DNA of 64,000 nucleotides from an uncultured bacterium (lineage in GTDB: Bacteria > Krumholzibacteriota > Krumholzibacteriia > LZORAL124-64-63). The translations under genes were made by a program, and so were the position numbers. The DNA lies in assembly GCA_963732385.1 (NCBI GenBank), contig CAVSZB010000003.1:384001-448000 (forward strand), read 5' to 3'. The notes beneath the pieces were generated by a model, which was not told where the DNA came from, searched no databases, and worked only from the letters and a program-made list of their open reading frames with translations. Positions 17,291 to 27,595 of this stretch are shown here, piece after piece. Position 1 is the first letter of the stretch. Every line of letters begins with the position of its first letter.

Positions 17291-20200
17291 ATGCGCCCGG
17301 TTTCATCATGGCTGCTCGTGGTCCTGCTCTGCGCCCTGGCGTCCGCCAGCACCGCGGTCGTTCCGAGCGGGTGGACCGAGAACTTCGCGACCAGCGCCCT
17401 GCGCGATCCGGCGGTGACAACGGCCGACTGGGACACGGTCAGCGGCCGTCTCCACCTCTGGCCGCTTCCGATCGACCAGCGGGGCGCGCTCGACACTCCG
17501 GGCACGGCCTACGATGTGGTGCTGGCAGGCGATCTGGCCTACATCGCCGACTACGACAACGGGTTGCGCATCGTCAGCCTGGCCGATCCCACCGCTCCGG
17601 TCGAGGTGGGCGCCTACGACTCGCCCGGCTACACCACGGACATCTGGCTGCATCCACCCTATGCGTTCCTGTCGGACGGTGCCGGCAGCAACGGCGGCGT
17701 GCGGATCGTCGATGTGAGCAACCCGGCCGCGCCCACCTCGTCCGGCGTGTTCATCTCGGCCGGCTACGTGAACGGAGTCGCCGTGCAGGGGAACGTGGCC
17801 GCCGTGGCGAGCGGCATGCTCGGCGTGCAGTTCATCGACATCACCGACCCGACGGCGCCGGTGGATCTCGGCACGATCGACACGCCCGGCTATGCCTACG
17901 CGCTGGCGTACGTCGGCCGGTACGTCTACGTGGCCGATGGCACGGCCGGGATGGCCGTGATCGACGCGCTCGACCCGACGGCGCCGGTGCAGGCGGGGGC
18001 CTACGACACCGACGGTTCGGCCTACGATGTGCTCGTGGCCGGTCGGCGGGCCTACGTGGCGGACTACGGGAATGGTGTGGTCATCCTCGACCTGTCGACC
18101 CCGACCGCTCCGTCTTTGCTCGGCTCCTGCGCCACCCCGGGGCAGGCGCGGGGCCTCGCGCTCGACGGCAGCTTCCTGCAGGTCGCTGACGGCGAAGCCG
18201 GCATCGAAGTGTTCGATGTCGCCGATCCGGCCGCTCCGGTGCTCGTGCAGTCCTGGGACACCTCCGGCCAGGCGCTCGGCGTGGCGATCGGCGCCGAGCT
18301 GACGCTGGTGGCCGACGGGTCCGCTGGTCTGCAGGTGTTGCGGCACCGGCGGCTGACCGACCAGCCGTACGTGCATCTGCAGGGGGTCGAGTCGTCCTCC
18401 CAGATGACGCTGGACATGACGCTGGACGGTCGCCTGGCCTACCTGACCGGCTACGGCGGGACGTCCGTCCAGGACGTGAGCGATCCGGAGGCCCCCGAGC
18501 AGATCGGCTTCCTCCCGCTTGGCGGCGAAGCGCTCGACGTGGCGGGGACTTTGGCCTGCGTTGTCGCCTCCGGGGTGGGGCTGTTCGTCGTGGATTTCGG
18601 CGATCCGACGCAGCCGCAGGAGGTCGGCTTTCTCGCGCTGCCGGGCTTGCCGCAGGATGTGGTGATCAGCGGGCGCTACGCCTACGTCGCCTGCGGGGTC
18701 TCCGGTTTGCAGGTGGTGGATCTGGCGGTGCCGACCGCGCCGGCTCTGGTCGGTGCGCTCGCCTTCCCCGGCAACAGCATGAGTCTCGAGGTGACCGGCG
18801 ACCGGGTCTGCGTCGCCGCGCAGCACGGCGGCCTGCGGGTGATCGACGTGAGCGATCCGTTGCTCCCGGTGCAGGCAGGATTCTTCATGGGGTCCGGGAA
18901 CGTCGTGGATGTCGCCGTCGGTGGCGACTTCGCCTACGTGGTCGAATTCTACGGCGACATCGTGCGGAAGCTGGACGTGAGCAATCCGGCCAGCATCGTG
19001 GAGGTCGGCTCGATAGCGATGGCGCGGCCGCGGCGGATCGCCGTGTCGGGGCACCTGGCCGCGATCGTGACCGGAAACACGGAGCTGAACCTGATCGAGG
19101 TGGGCGACAACCCCGGCTTCGGCTCCCTCCTGGAGCAGCAGTCCGGCCTCTCTCCGAACTGCGTGGCGTTCTGCGGCGATTACCTGCTGACCGGCGACCA
19201 GGAGTGGTCCCCGTACGCACCGTACGAATTCGTCCAGCGCTGGCGCGATCCGGATCGCAACGTCGGGCAGGGTTTCCTGGGCGAGACGGGCGCGGGCTAT
19301 GCCATCAAGGCGCGCCTGACGACGGTGCAGTGGAACGGGTGGATGTTCAGCTGGATGTACGACCACGTGTTCGACTGGTATCTGGTGTCCAATGCCGGCA
19401 CGGTCGAACAGGCCTTCCCCCGGAACGGCAGCTGGGTCACGCTGGACCAGCCGGCGTGGAGTCTGGGCTGGCGGGCCGAATGCACCTACACCCTCGGGCG
19501 CGAGGGGCCGTACGTCGACAGTCTCACGCTCGAGATCCTGCGCGACCTGCCGGTCATTAGTTCGGTGACCGACGTACCGGGCGACCAGGGGGGCCAGGTG
19601 CGGCTGCGCTGGATCCGCTCCGCGTACGACGAGGCGGAGAGCGACTATCCGATCGCCGAGTACTCCGTGTACCGGCGGATCGGAGATCCGGTGCTGGAGA
19701 AGGGTAAGGCGGGCGCCGCGGGCGCGGTTGTCGATCCGCAGGGGGCGTCCGACAAGGCCTGGCCGCCCGGCGAGTGGGATTACCTGCTGACGGTGCCGGC
19801 GGACGGCGAGGAAAGCTACAGTGTCGTCGTGCCGACGCTGCGGGATTCGACGGCTGACGACGCCAACCGCGTCACATTCTTCGTGCGCGCCCGGACGCTC
19901 GAGCCGGGCGTGCTGTTCGACGCCCCGCCCGACAGCGGCTGCTCGGTGGACAATCTCGCGCCGGCGGCGCCGCGCGCGTTCATGGTCACCTACACCGTGG
20001 GGGGCAACCTCCTGGCCTGGGGCGCCCCCGACGCGATCGATGTGGCCCACTACCGCGTCTACCGCGGAGCCAGTTCCGATTTCGTGCCGGCGCCGGAGAG
20101 CCTGCTCGCCGAAACGACCAGCACGGCCTGGATCGACCGGCCGACTTTCCCCTGGGGCTGGTACTACAAGGTGGCGGCGGTCGACCTGGCCGGAAACGAG

Positions 20201-20545
20201 GGGCCGGTCGCGGCGCCCTCCGTGGTGACCGGCGTTCCCGATTCGGAGCCCGGCGGCGCCCCCGCCCGCTTCGCCCTGCGCGGCGCCACGCCCAACCCGT
20301 TCAATCCGAGTACGACGATCAGTTTCGACGTGCCGGCGTCCGGCGGCGAGGTGCGTCTCGATCTGTATGACGCGCGCGGTCGCCTCGTCCGCACGCTCGT
20401 GAACGGTCGCCGGGATCCGGGTCGGCAGGAGGCGGTCTGGAATGGACGCGACGTGGCCGGTCGCCGCGTACCGTCGGGGGTCTATTTTGCGCGTCTGCGC
20501 GCCACCGGCTGTGACGCGGTGGTGAAAGTGACCCTGGCCGGCTGA
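17291..20545 (+). CDS. Secreted LVIVD-repeat protein with FN3-like and C-terminal FlgD-Ig/T9SS-like domain
   Basis: Signal peptide; many AYVAD...GL.I.DVSNP repeats; PNPFNP...WNGRD..G....SGVYF C-terminus; strong RBS. Confidence 0.9.
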   Translation: MRPVSSWLLVVLLCALASASTAVVPSGWTENFATSALRDPAVTTADWDTVSGRLHLWPLPIDQRGALDTPGTAYDVVLAGDLAYIADYDNGLRIVSLADPTAPVEVGAYDSPGYTTDIWLHPPYAFLSDGAGSNGGVRIVDVSNPAAPTSSGVFISAGYVNGVAVQGNVAAVASGMLGVQFIDITDPTAPVDLGTIDTPGYAYALAYVGRYVYVADGTAGMAVIDALDPTAPVQAGAYDTDGSAYDVLVAGRRAYVADYGNGVVILDLSTPTAPSLLGSCATPGQARGLALDGSFLQVADGEAGIEVFDVADPAAPVLVQSWDTSGQALGVAIGAELTLVADGSAGLQVLRHRRLTDQPYVHLQGVESSSQMTLDMTLDGRLAYLTGYGGTSVQDVSDPEAPEQIGFLPLGGEALDVAGTLACVVASGVGLFVVDFGDPTQPQEVGFLALPGLPQDVVISGRYAYVACGVSGLQVVDLAVPTAPALVGALAFPGNSMSLEVTGDRVCVAAQHGGLRVIDVSDPLLPVQAGFFMGSGNVVDVAVGGDFAYVVEFYGDIVRKLDVSNPASIVEVGSIAMARPRRIAVSGHLAAIVTGNTELNLIEVGDNPGFGSLLEQQSGLSPNCVAFCGDYLLTGDQEWSPYAPYEFVQRWRDPDRNVGQGFLGETGAGYAIKARLTTVQWNGWMFSWMYDHVFDWYLVSNAGTVEQAFPRNGSWVTLDQPAWSLGWRAECTYTLGREGPYVDSLTLEILRDLPVISSVTDVPGDQGGQVRLRWIRSAYDEAESDYPIAEYSVYRRIGDPVLEKGKAGAAGAVVDPQGASDKAWPPGEWDYLLTVPADGEESYSVVVPTLRDSTADDANRVTFFVRARTLEPGVLFDAPPDSGCSVDNLAPAAPRAFMVTYTVGGNLLAWGAPDAIDVAHYRVYRGASSDFVPAPESLLAETTSTAWIDRPTFPWGWYYKVAAVDLAGNEGPVAAPSVVTGVPDSEPGGAPARFALRGATPNPFNPSTTISFDVPASGGEVRLDLYDARGRLVRTLVNGRRDPGRQEAVWNGRDVAGRRVPSGVYFARLRATGCDAVVKVTLAG

Positions 20546-20641
20546 TGAAACCGGTCGTTGCACGGGGCGGGCCGGCGCTGCGGCGTCCGGCCCGTCCCCG
20601 AACCCGTTGCGCCCCGCCCGGCCGCGTGCCACAATCCGCGC

Positions 20642-22930
20642 ATGCGAATCCGGCGCCGGTTAGCCATCTTCGGTCTGGTCTGCTGCGCGTTGTCCGCGCG
20701 TCCCGCCGCCGCTCCCGCCCAGGAATGTCTGGAGTATGGCGCGTACCTGCACTGGCTCGGTGATGCCGCCGCGCCGGGGCAGGCGCGTGGCGTAGCCGTG
20801 GCGGATGGCTATGCCTACGTGGCGTGCGGCGAAGCGGGACTGCAGATCGTCAGCCTGGCCGATCCGACAGCGCCGGTGGTCGTGGGGGGCGTCGACACGC
20901 CGGGCGAGGCGTACGGCGTGGCGGTGGCGGGCGGTTATGCCTACGTGGCTGACTACACTGCCGGTCTGCAGGTGATCGATGTGTCCGATCCGGCGCTGCC
21001 GGCGATCGTCGGCGCGCGCGACACGAGCGACCACGCGCACGGGGTGGCGCTTTCGGCGGGCGGCACGCTTGCCTACGTGGCCGACGGGGCTGACGGCCTG
21101 ATCGTGCTCAACATCGCCTTGCCGACCGACCCACGCATCCTCAAGGGCGCCAACACCGAAGGCTATGCGGTCGGTGTGGCGGTGCTGGGGACCTATGCGT
21201 ACGTCGCCGACAGCGGGGGCGGTCTGCAGGTGATCGACGTGGCGAACGCCACCCAGCCGGTGGTGTGTGGCGCCGTGCGCACCGCAGACTTCGCGCAGGG
21301 GGTGGCGGCAGCGGCCGGACGCGTGTACGTCGCCGCGGGCAATGCCGGCCTGGTCAGTTTCGACGTGTCCGATCCGCTCCAGCCCGCGCCGCTCGACACG
21401 CTCGACACCCCTGGCTACGCGCTGGGCGTGGCGGTGGCGGGCGGCCGGATTTACGTCGCCGACAGCGGCGCGGGGCTGCAGGTGGTCGATGCGGCGGATC
21501 CCGCGCACCTGTGGCTTGCGGCGTCGATCGATACCCAGGAGCATTCGTACGGCGTGGCTCTGGCCGGCGCACTCGCCTGCGTGGCGAACGGCACGTCCGG
21601 GTTGATGTTGCTCGACGTGTCCGCCGCCGCCGCCGTGCCGACCGCCGGCGCCATCGACACGCCGGGCAATGCTCTCGACGTGGCCCTGACGCCGGCCGGG
21701 TGGGCCTTCGTGGCGGATGGCTCACCGGGCCTGCAGGTGGTCGACGCGCGTGACGTGCTGGCGCCGCAGGTCGTCGACGTCTTCGACACGGCCGGGAGCG
21801 CCCGGGGCGTTGCGCTGCTTGGGGATCGCCTCCTGGTGGCGGACGGTCCGGGGGGCCTGCTGGTTTTCGATGTCAGCGTGCCGGGGGCGCCTCTGCCGCT
21901 CGGCTCCATCGACACGCCGGGCGCCGGCGCCGACGTGGCGGCCGGCATCGCGCCGCGCGCCGACGGCGGCGCCGACACGCTCGCGGTGGTGGCGGACGGG
22001 ACCTATGGCGTTCGCGTGTACGATCTGCGGGACCCGGAGCACCCGGCCTGGCACGAGGGGTACTACAATACGCCCGGCTGGGCCGCCGCCGTGGCGCTGG
22101 CCGGAACCTTCACGCGCGGCTCTCCGCTCGACCGCCCGTACGTCTGCGTCGCCGACAGTGGCGGCGGCCTGGCCGTGGTCGATCTCACCGATCCCGCCGC
22201 GCCAATGCTGGCCGGCACCGTGGCTACGCCGGGGCCGGCGCTCGGTCTGGCGCTGGCGAGTGGCTATGCCTTCGTGGCGTGCGGCGCCGCCGGGCTGGTG
22301 ACCGTCGATCTGACCGACCCCGCCGACCCGCGCATCGTCGGGCGCGTCGATACCCCCGGCATCGCCGCCGGCGTGGCCATCGGGGGTGGGGAGGGCTCGG
22401 TGCACGCCTACGTGGCCGACGGCACGACCGGCCTGATCGTCGTGGACGTGACCGACCCGCGCGCTTTGCGCATGGTCGGTGGCGTCGATACGCCCGGCGT
22501 GGCGGCCGCCGTGGCGTTGAACTGGGCGTTCGCGTTCGTGGCCGACAGCGCCGGCGGGCTGCGCATCGTGTCGCGCCAGTGCGAGGTCGGTCTCGGCATC
22601 GACCCGCCCGATCCGCCACCGCCGCCGGAAGACACGGCCGCGCCACCGCCGGCGCGCGACCGGCTCGCGGCCCCCTATCCGAACCCGTTCAACCCGCGCG
22701 TGACCGTGCCGTTCGCGCTGGCGCGCGCGGCGGCGGTTCAACTGACCGTGTTCGACGCCGCCGGTCGCCGCGTGGCGGAACTGCTCGACGGCGAACGTCC
22801 CGCCGGCGCGGCCCGTGTCGTCTGGGACGGCTGCGACGCTGCGGGCCGGCCGGTCGCCTCCGGCACGTATTTCGTGAGACTGACGACGGAGGGAACGGTC
22901 GAGAGCCGGTCCCTGCTGCTGGCCCGCTAG
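20642..22930 (+). CDS. Secreted LVIVD-repeat protein with C-terminal FlgD-Ig/T9SS-like domain
   Basis: Signal peptide ending in AQEC; DTPG.A.GV / AYVAD repeats; PNPFNP...WDG.D..G...ASGTYF. Confidence 0.88.
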   Translation: MRIRRRLAIFGLVCCALSARPAAAPAQECLEYGAYLHWLGDAAAPGQARGVAVADGYAYVACGEAGLQIVSLADPTAPVVVGGVDTPGEAYGVAVAGGYAYVADYTAGLQVIDVSDPALPAIVGARDTSDHAHGVALSAGGTLAYVADGADGLIVLNIALPTDPRILKGANTEGYAVGVAVLGTYAYVADSGGGLQVIDVANATQPVVCGAVRTADFAQGVAAAAGRVYVAAGNAGLVSFDVSDPLQPAPLDTLDTPGYALGVAVAGGRIYVADSGAGLQVVDAADPAHLWLAASIDTQEHSYGVALAGALACVANGTSGLMLLDVSAAAAVPTAGAIDTPGNALDVALTPAGWAFVADGSPGLQVVDARDVLAPQVVDVFDTAGSARGVALLGDRLLVADGPGGLLVFDVSVPGAPLPLGSIDTPGAGADVAAGIAPRADGGADTLAVVADGTYGVRVYDLRDPEHPAWHEGYYNTPGWAAAVALAGTFTRGSPLDRPYVCVADSGGGLAVVDLTDPAAPMLAGTVATPGPALGLALASGYAFVACGAAGLVTVDLTDPADPRIVGRVDTPGIAAGVAIGGGEGSVHAYVADGTTGLIVVDVTDPRALRMVGGVDTPGVAAAVALNWAFAFVADSAGGLRIVSRQCEVGLGIDPPDPPPPPEDTAAPPPARDRLAAPYPNPFNPRVTVPFALARAAAVQLTVFDAAGRRVAELLDGERPAGAARVVWDGCDAAGRPVASGTYFVRLTTEGTVESRSLLLAR

Positions 22931-22945
22931 AAAGGACCGGTTGCC

Positions 22946-23323
22946 GTGCTGCGGAAGCTGCTCTGGCTGGCGGGGGCGGGAACGCTCGGAACGTTCAGCC
23001 GTTATGCGCTGTCAGGCCTGGTCCAGCGCTGGACCGGCGCCGCGTTCCCCTGGGGGACGCTGGCGGTGAACGTGGTGGGCTGCTTCGCGGCGGGGCTGCT
23101 CTGGATGCTGGCCGAAACCAGGCTGGCCCTTTCGGCGACGGTCCGGACTGCCGCGCTCGTCGGTTTCCTCGGCGCATTCACCACCTTCTCGGCCTTCATG
23201 CTCGAGACGGGGCAACTCATGCGGGACGCGCAGTGGCTGCGCGCGGGGCTGAACATCCTGCTGCAGAACGGGATCGGCCTGGTCGCGCTGCTGGCCGGGT
23301 TCGCGGTGGCGCGCCGGATCTGA
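22946..23323 (+). CDS. crcB: Fluoride efflux channel Fluc/CrcB
   Basis: FPWGTLAVN, GFLGAFTTFS. Confidence 0.95.
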   Translation: MLRKLLWLAGAGTLGTFSRYALSGLVQRWTGAAFPWGTLAVNVVGCFAAGLLWMLAETRLALSATVRTAALVGFLGAFTTFSAFMLETGQLMRDAQWLRAGLNILLQNGIGLVALLAGFAVARRI

Positions 23324-23335
23324 GCCGCCGGAGGT

Positions 23336-23704
23336 ATGGTCATGAAACTGCCGAGCGAGGCGTGGCTTCTGCGGATCTTCATCGGCGAGAGCGATCGCCA
23401 TGAGGGGCGGCCGTTGTACGAAAAGATCACCGAGCTGGCGCGCCGCAGGGGGCTGGCCGGCGCGACCGTGCTGCGCGGCGTGACCGGGTTCGGAGCCAAC
23501 AGCCGCATCCACACCGCGAAGATCCTGCGGCTGTCGGAGGATCTGCCGATGGTCGTCGAGATCGTCGACGCGCCGGAGCGAATCGAGGCGTTCCTGCCCG
23601 AACTCGACGCCATGATCACCGAGGGGCTGGTCACGGTGGAGAACGTGCGCGTGTTCGCCTACCGACACAGCGGAGGGCGGGAGTTGCCGCCCGAGACGGC
23701 CTGA
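23336..23704 (+). CDS. DUF190 (PII-like) protein
   Basis: LLRIFIGESD, GLAGATVLRG..GFG, LSEDLP.VVEIVD; usual partner of crcB. Confidence 0.9.
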   Translation: MVMKLPSEAWLLRIFIGESDRHEGRPLYEKITELARRRGLAGATVLRGVTGFGANSRIHTAKILRLSEDLPMVVEIVDAPERIEAFLPELDAMITEGLVTVENVRVFAYRHSGGRELPPETA

Positions 23705-23800
23705 ATCGCCGCCGGTCTGTCAGGGCCAAAACAGCTGTTTGCGATTAGGTTGTCAAATTGCGGCGGTGCGCCTTGCGCGTGCCGCGGAAAGGCAGGGAAC

Positions 23801-24322
23801 ATGGCGATCGAGGTGGGCAAGGCCGCCCCGGCGTTCACGCTGACCGACAGTGGTGGCAAGAGGGTGGCGCTGGGGGACTTCCGGGGGCGGGACGTCATCG
23901 TCTACTTCTATCCGAAGGACGACACGCCCGGCTGCACGAAGGAGGCCTGCGGCTTCCGCGACGCCTGGGAGGATCTGCAGAAGGCCGGCGTGATGGTGTT
24001 GGGCGTGTCGGCCGACAGCGAGGCGTCGCACGCGAAATTCGCGACGAAGCACAAGCTGCCGTTCATTCTCCTCTCCGACCCCGACCGCAAGGTGATGACG
24101 AAGTACGGCGCCTACGGCGAGAAGACGCTGTACGGCAAGACGGTCACCGGCGTGATCCGCTCCACTGTCTGGGTCGGCCCGGATGGCCGGGTGCGCCGGC
24201 ACTGGGCGAAAGTGACGAAAGCCGAGACGCATCCGGGACAGGTGCTGGCGGCGCTGCGGGCCGGCGCCGCGGGCGAGGCGCCGGGCCGGGCCGCGGCCGA
24301 CCGCGAGGAGTCCCGTCGCTGA
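23801..24322 (+). CDS. bcp: Peroxiredoxin BCP/PrxQ
   Basis: YFYPKDDTPGCTKEAC. Confidence 0.93.
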   Translation: MAIEVGKAAPAFTLTDSGGKRVALGDFRGRDVIVYFYPKDDTPGCTKEACGFRDAWEDLQKAGVMVLGVSADSEASHAKFATKHKLPFILLSDPDRKVMTKYGAYGEKTLYGKTVTGVIRSTVWVGPDGRVRRHWAKVTKAETHPGQVLAALRAGAAGEAPGRAAADREESRR

Positions 24323-24416
24323 AGCGGTCGGCCCGGACCGGACGCGAGGGGTTCGTGTCGTTGACCGCAACAGTCGAGTGGTTGTCGAAGATGCGCCTGC
24401 AGATGTTCGAGACGCC

Positions 24417-26954
24417 TCAACGGATCAGCGTGATCCGGCGCGTGTCGCGCCCCCTCTCGCCCTCGATCCGGACGAGGTAGCTCCCCGAGGCCGCGGCGGC
24501 GCCGCGGTCGTCGCTGCCACGCCAGGCCAGTTCGTGACGTCCCGCCGGGAAGACCCCGTCGGCCAGGGTCGCCACGCGGCGTCCGGCCAGGTCGAACACA
24601 GCTACCCGCACGCGTTGCGCCGCGGCGAGCACGTACGCCACGCGCACGGCCGGGTTGAAGGGATTGGGGTGCGGCGCGAGCAATGAGATCGGCCGCGGCG
24701 GCGCCGCCAGTTCGACCGCGCGTTCGGCCAACGTCTCCCAGGTCGCGTCCGTCGACTGGCGATGCCTGAGGGTGTAGGTGACCGTACCTCCGGCGGCCAG
24801 GCGGGCGGACGCATCGCGCGCCGCGAACCCGTCCGGCGTGGCGAAGCAGGGGACGGACCAGGAGTCGGCGCCGGCCCTGGCCGCCAGCTGGAATTCCCCC
24901 GGTGATCCGCCCGCGATCGTCCAGGTCAGCACAACGGATTGCGTGCCCGCCAGGATGGAGAATTGCGACAGGAAGGCCGCGACCGGGCTGCGACAGGGCA
25001 GCGGCGCCGTGTACACGCAGCCCCAGCTCGCGATCACGCACTGGTCGTTGCGGAAGCCGAGAGGTCCGTACATGGACCAGCCGGATCCCATGCTGACCAC
25101 GGCGGGGCGCGCCGGATCCGAAATGTCGATGGCATGAACGCCGAAGCGGCCGCTGAGCACCAGCCAGCCGTCGTCGCCCTGCATCCGATAGTCGCCCATG
25201 GGGACGGGCGTGCGCGAAATCAGCGCCGGAGCGACCGGATCGGTGAGGCTGAACCCGAGCAGCGACCGATCGAAGTCCGTGTCCATGATCGCGATCCAGA
25301 GGCAGCCGCCGGCGATCACCGGTCTCGATCCGACTGAAATGGACGCGGGAAGGCCGAGCGCGTTGAGGCGCCGGGGGTGGGCGGGATCGCTCAGATCGAC
25401 CACGCGCAGCGAATCCCCATAGATGTAGCCGAGATAACCGCTCGCCAGGAATGTCGATGTGTCAGAGCGGAAGGAGGGGACCGTCGCTTCGATGACCGGG
25501 GCCAGGGGGTCGTCGAGGTTGACGATGAAATCACGCGCGCCATCGGCCGTCGTGGCGCGCACGATAACGCGGTTATCCGGGAGCCAGGTGAGGTCGGCCG
25601 TCATCCCGTACTGCAGGACGCCCGGCAACGGCAGGCTGGCCACGACCCGCGGCTGCGTCGCGACAGTGAGGTCCACGATCTCGAGGTTCACACCCGCCAC
25701 GCAGGCCAGGGAATCCCGCCAGGCCACGGCATCGCCAAGCACCTCGACACTGCCGATCACGGTCGGACCGTCGGGCGAAGCCAGGTCCAGGATGTCGAGC
25801 CGGGGGAATCCGTTCGGGAAAGTCGTCAGACAGCGCGCCCGATCGCCCGCGATGTCCATCGCGTTGGGCATAACGTCGCCATAGACAGTCGGCGACCACG
25901 CAACTGTCGATGTCGGCATCACCGTGGCGGCCGCGCCCAGCCGGAAGGCCAGAACTGAGGAAATCGGCGAAAAGCTCCCGTCGCACGCGACCGTGAAAAG
26001 ATGGCCGTTGCGCAGGACCGCGCCGCGATGCTCGATCTCCGCGTAGCCGGTCTGGCTCACCAGGCGCGGATTCAGCGGGTCCGACACGTCGATCGTCCGC
26101 ACTCCGATGCCGTAGTGCCCTGTCACCGCTGCCCACGAGCCCTCCACGGCGATCGCATCGCCCCCGGCGGCGGTGCGGCCCAGGGCGCGCGGCGCGGCGG
26201 GATCTGCAACGTCGATGATCACGAGGCCGGTCCGGCACACGAGGTACGCGCGGTCGTTCTGCACGGCGATGGCCCGGCCTTCGAGGTCATCCTCGCGATA
26301 CTCGCCCAGCAGCCGGGGCGCGCCGGGGTCCGTCACGTCGACCGTGAGCAGACCCGTCGCGGTCGCCACGTACGCGATCGGCCCCCTGACGACCAGGTCC
26401 ACCGTGCCCAGAGGCAGCGCAAGGCGGGAGAGGGGAACCGGCGCCGCCGGCCGGGCGATGTCCCAGATCCCGAAGTCGGTCGCGTCCGCCGCGAACAGCA
26501 AGGCCCCCTGACAGGCCAGAATGGCGTCATGAAGTCCGCTCGCCAGCGAGCCTACGAGCACCGGCGTGGCAGGTTCCGCCAGCGAGATGGTGTGGAGCGT
26601 GTCGCGATAGCCCATGGCGAAAAGGCAATTCCGGCCCAGCGCGATACTGTGCGCTGACCCAAAGTTGTATGCTCGCCATGTCTGGCCCACGAGCCGCAGG
26701 TCGTCCGGGCGCGAGGCATCCCAAACGAAGATGCTGCCGCCATTATCGACCGCCACCAGGGTGTCGCCGCTCGCCGCCAGACAGCGGTAGAACGGCAATC
26801 CCTCCCAGCTGCCGTTAAAATACTGCTCGCTGACCCAGCTCGTCGCGGCAGGGTAGTCGACGCACTCCTGCGCGGGGGCCGTGGTGAAGGCGCAGAACGC
26901 GACGACTGCGACGATCCAGGCCGCGTTTCCCGCCAGCTTCGGCTGTGTGGACAT
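24417..26954 (-). CDS. Secreted divergent LVIVD-like repeat protein with C-terminal FlgD-Ig/T9SS-like domain
   Basis: Signal peptide ending in AQECVDY; D.SDP..P repeats; PNPFNP...ASGSYL; GGGAGG RBS. Confidence 0.85.
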   Translation of the reverse strand: MSTQPKLAGNAAWIVAVVAFCAFTTAPAQECVDYPAATSWVSEQYFNGSWEGLPFYRCLAASGDTLVAVDNGGSIFVWDASRPDDLRLVGQTWRAYNFGSAHSIALGRNCLFAMGYRDTLHTISLAEPATPVLVGSLASGLHDAILACQGALLFAADATDFGIWDIARPAAPVPLSRLALPLGTVDLVVRGPIAYVATATGLLTVDVTDPGAPRLLGEYREDDLEGRAIAVQNDRAYLVCRTGLVIIDVADPAAPRALGRTAAGGDAIAVEGSWAAVTGHYGIGVRTIDVSDPLNPRLVSQTGYAEIEHRGAVLRNGHLFTVACDGSFSPISSVLAFRLGAAATVMPTSTVAWSPTVYGDVMPNAMDIAGDRARCLTTFPNGFPRLDILDLASPDGPTVIGSVEVLGDAVAWRDSLACVAGVNLEIVDLTVATQPRVVASLPLPGVLQYGMTADLTWLPDNRVIVRATTADGARDFIVNLDDPLAPVIEATVPSFRSDTSTFLASGYLGYIYGDSLRVVDLSDPAHPRRLNALGLPASISVGSRPVIAGGCLWIAIMDTDFDRSLLGFSLTDPVAPALISRTPVPMGDYRMQGDDGWLVLSGRFGVHAIDISDPARPAVVSMGSGWSMYGPLGFRNDQCVIASWGCVYTAPLPCRSPVAAFLSQFSILAGTQSVVLTWTIAGGSPGEFQLAARAGADSWSVPCFATPDGFAARDASARLAAGGTVTYTLRHRQSTDATWETLAERAVELAAPPRPISLLAPHPNPFNPAVRVAYVLAAAQRVRVAVFDLAGRRVATLADGVFPAGRHELAWRGSDDRGAAAASGSYLVRIEGERGRDTRRITLIR

Positions 26955-27234
26955 CGGGCGCCTCCCGTGCAAATCGGTATGCCGATCGCTCTGGCGGCCG
27001 GCTCAGGGCAGCAGGTGCGAAGGCGCCGCGTGGGCGGGTGCGGCGCGGACCGTGCCCGATGCAAGAACCGCGCCGCGGGCTGTGGCGGTGGATCTCCATA
27101 AATCATTGTTAATAATTGAATTGTGCGCGCCAAGGGACTCCCTGGGCCACTTAGGACGATTCATCCTGTGCGGGAAGCGGCTGGGTGGGAACCTGCCGGC
27201 ATCAGGTCACCCCTTCGCGTGGGTCTCGCGCAGG

Positions 27235-27484
27235 TCGCACTTGCATGGATGCCACGCCAAGCTGCGCGAGGTTGTCCCGGTGCACGAAGAATTCCGGGGG
27301 GAAGTCGTGTGGGACGGGATCGTGCACGTCTTTGATGTGACCGGGACGCCCGGCTGCGACACCTGTTATGCGTGGTCGTCGCCTCGCGCAGATTCAATCT
27401 CCCGCAGCTTTTATGCGGTCCTGGGCTCTCCCCCAGTTGCCTCTGCGGCCGATGCCGTCAAAGCAGGCCATCGCCTCCAATTGA
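27235..27484 (+). pseudogene. Remnant of a small conserved hypothetical gene
   Basis: LHG.HA....VPVHEEF.G.VVWDG.VHVF...G.P....CYAWS...FYAVL..PPV.SA.DAV resembles a recalled hypothetical family; no start or RBS; apparent extra G at about 27466. Confidence 0.5.
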
Positions 27485-27498
27485 CGGCCCTCCTAAGA

Positions 27499-27522
27499 TA
27501 GCCTGATTTCTAGCCTGATTTC
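27499..27522. repeat. Perfect 12-bp tandem duplication
   Basis: TAGCCTGATTTC x2. Confidence 0.9.
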
Positions 27523-27595
27523 TCCCTGCTTTTTTCGTTTCTCACTTGCCCCGCCTAGTCTAGTTTCTTGGCCGGGAATGAATCTGGTGGCATAC

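Noticed and set aside
17306..20632. 1108-aa antisense ORF and many similar long shadow ORFs (e.g. 9165-11204, 34121-36226, 37319-39226)
   Set aside because: They lie opposite or overlap well-supported genes and have no motifs; expected in high-GC DNA.
17500..22600. Recurring nucleotide motifs (GCCTACGTGGCCGAC, GACACGCCCGGC) as a CRISPR or DGR signal
   Set aside because: They are degenerate coding repeats of LVIVD units; no cas or reverse transcriptase gene is present.
27098..27123. AT-rich patch with an IHF-like match
   Set aside because: Imperfect match to a degenerate consensus; noted only as the approximate left edge of the island.
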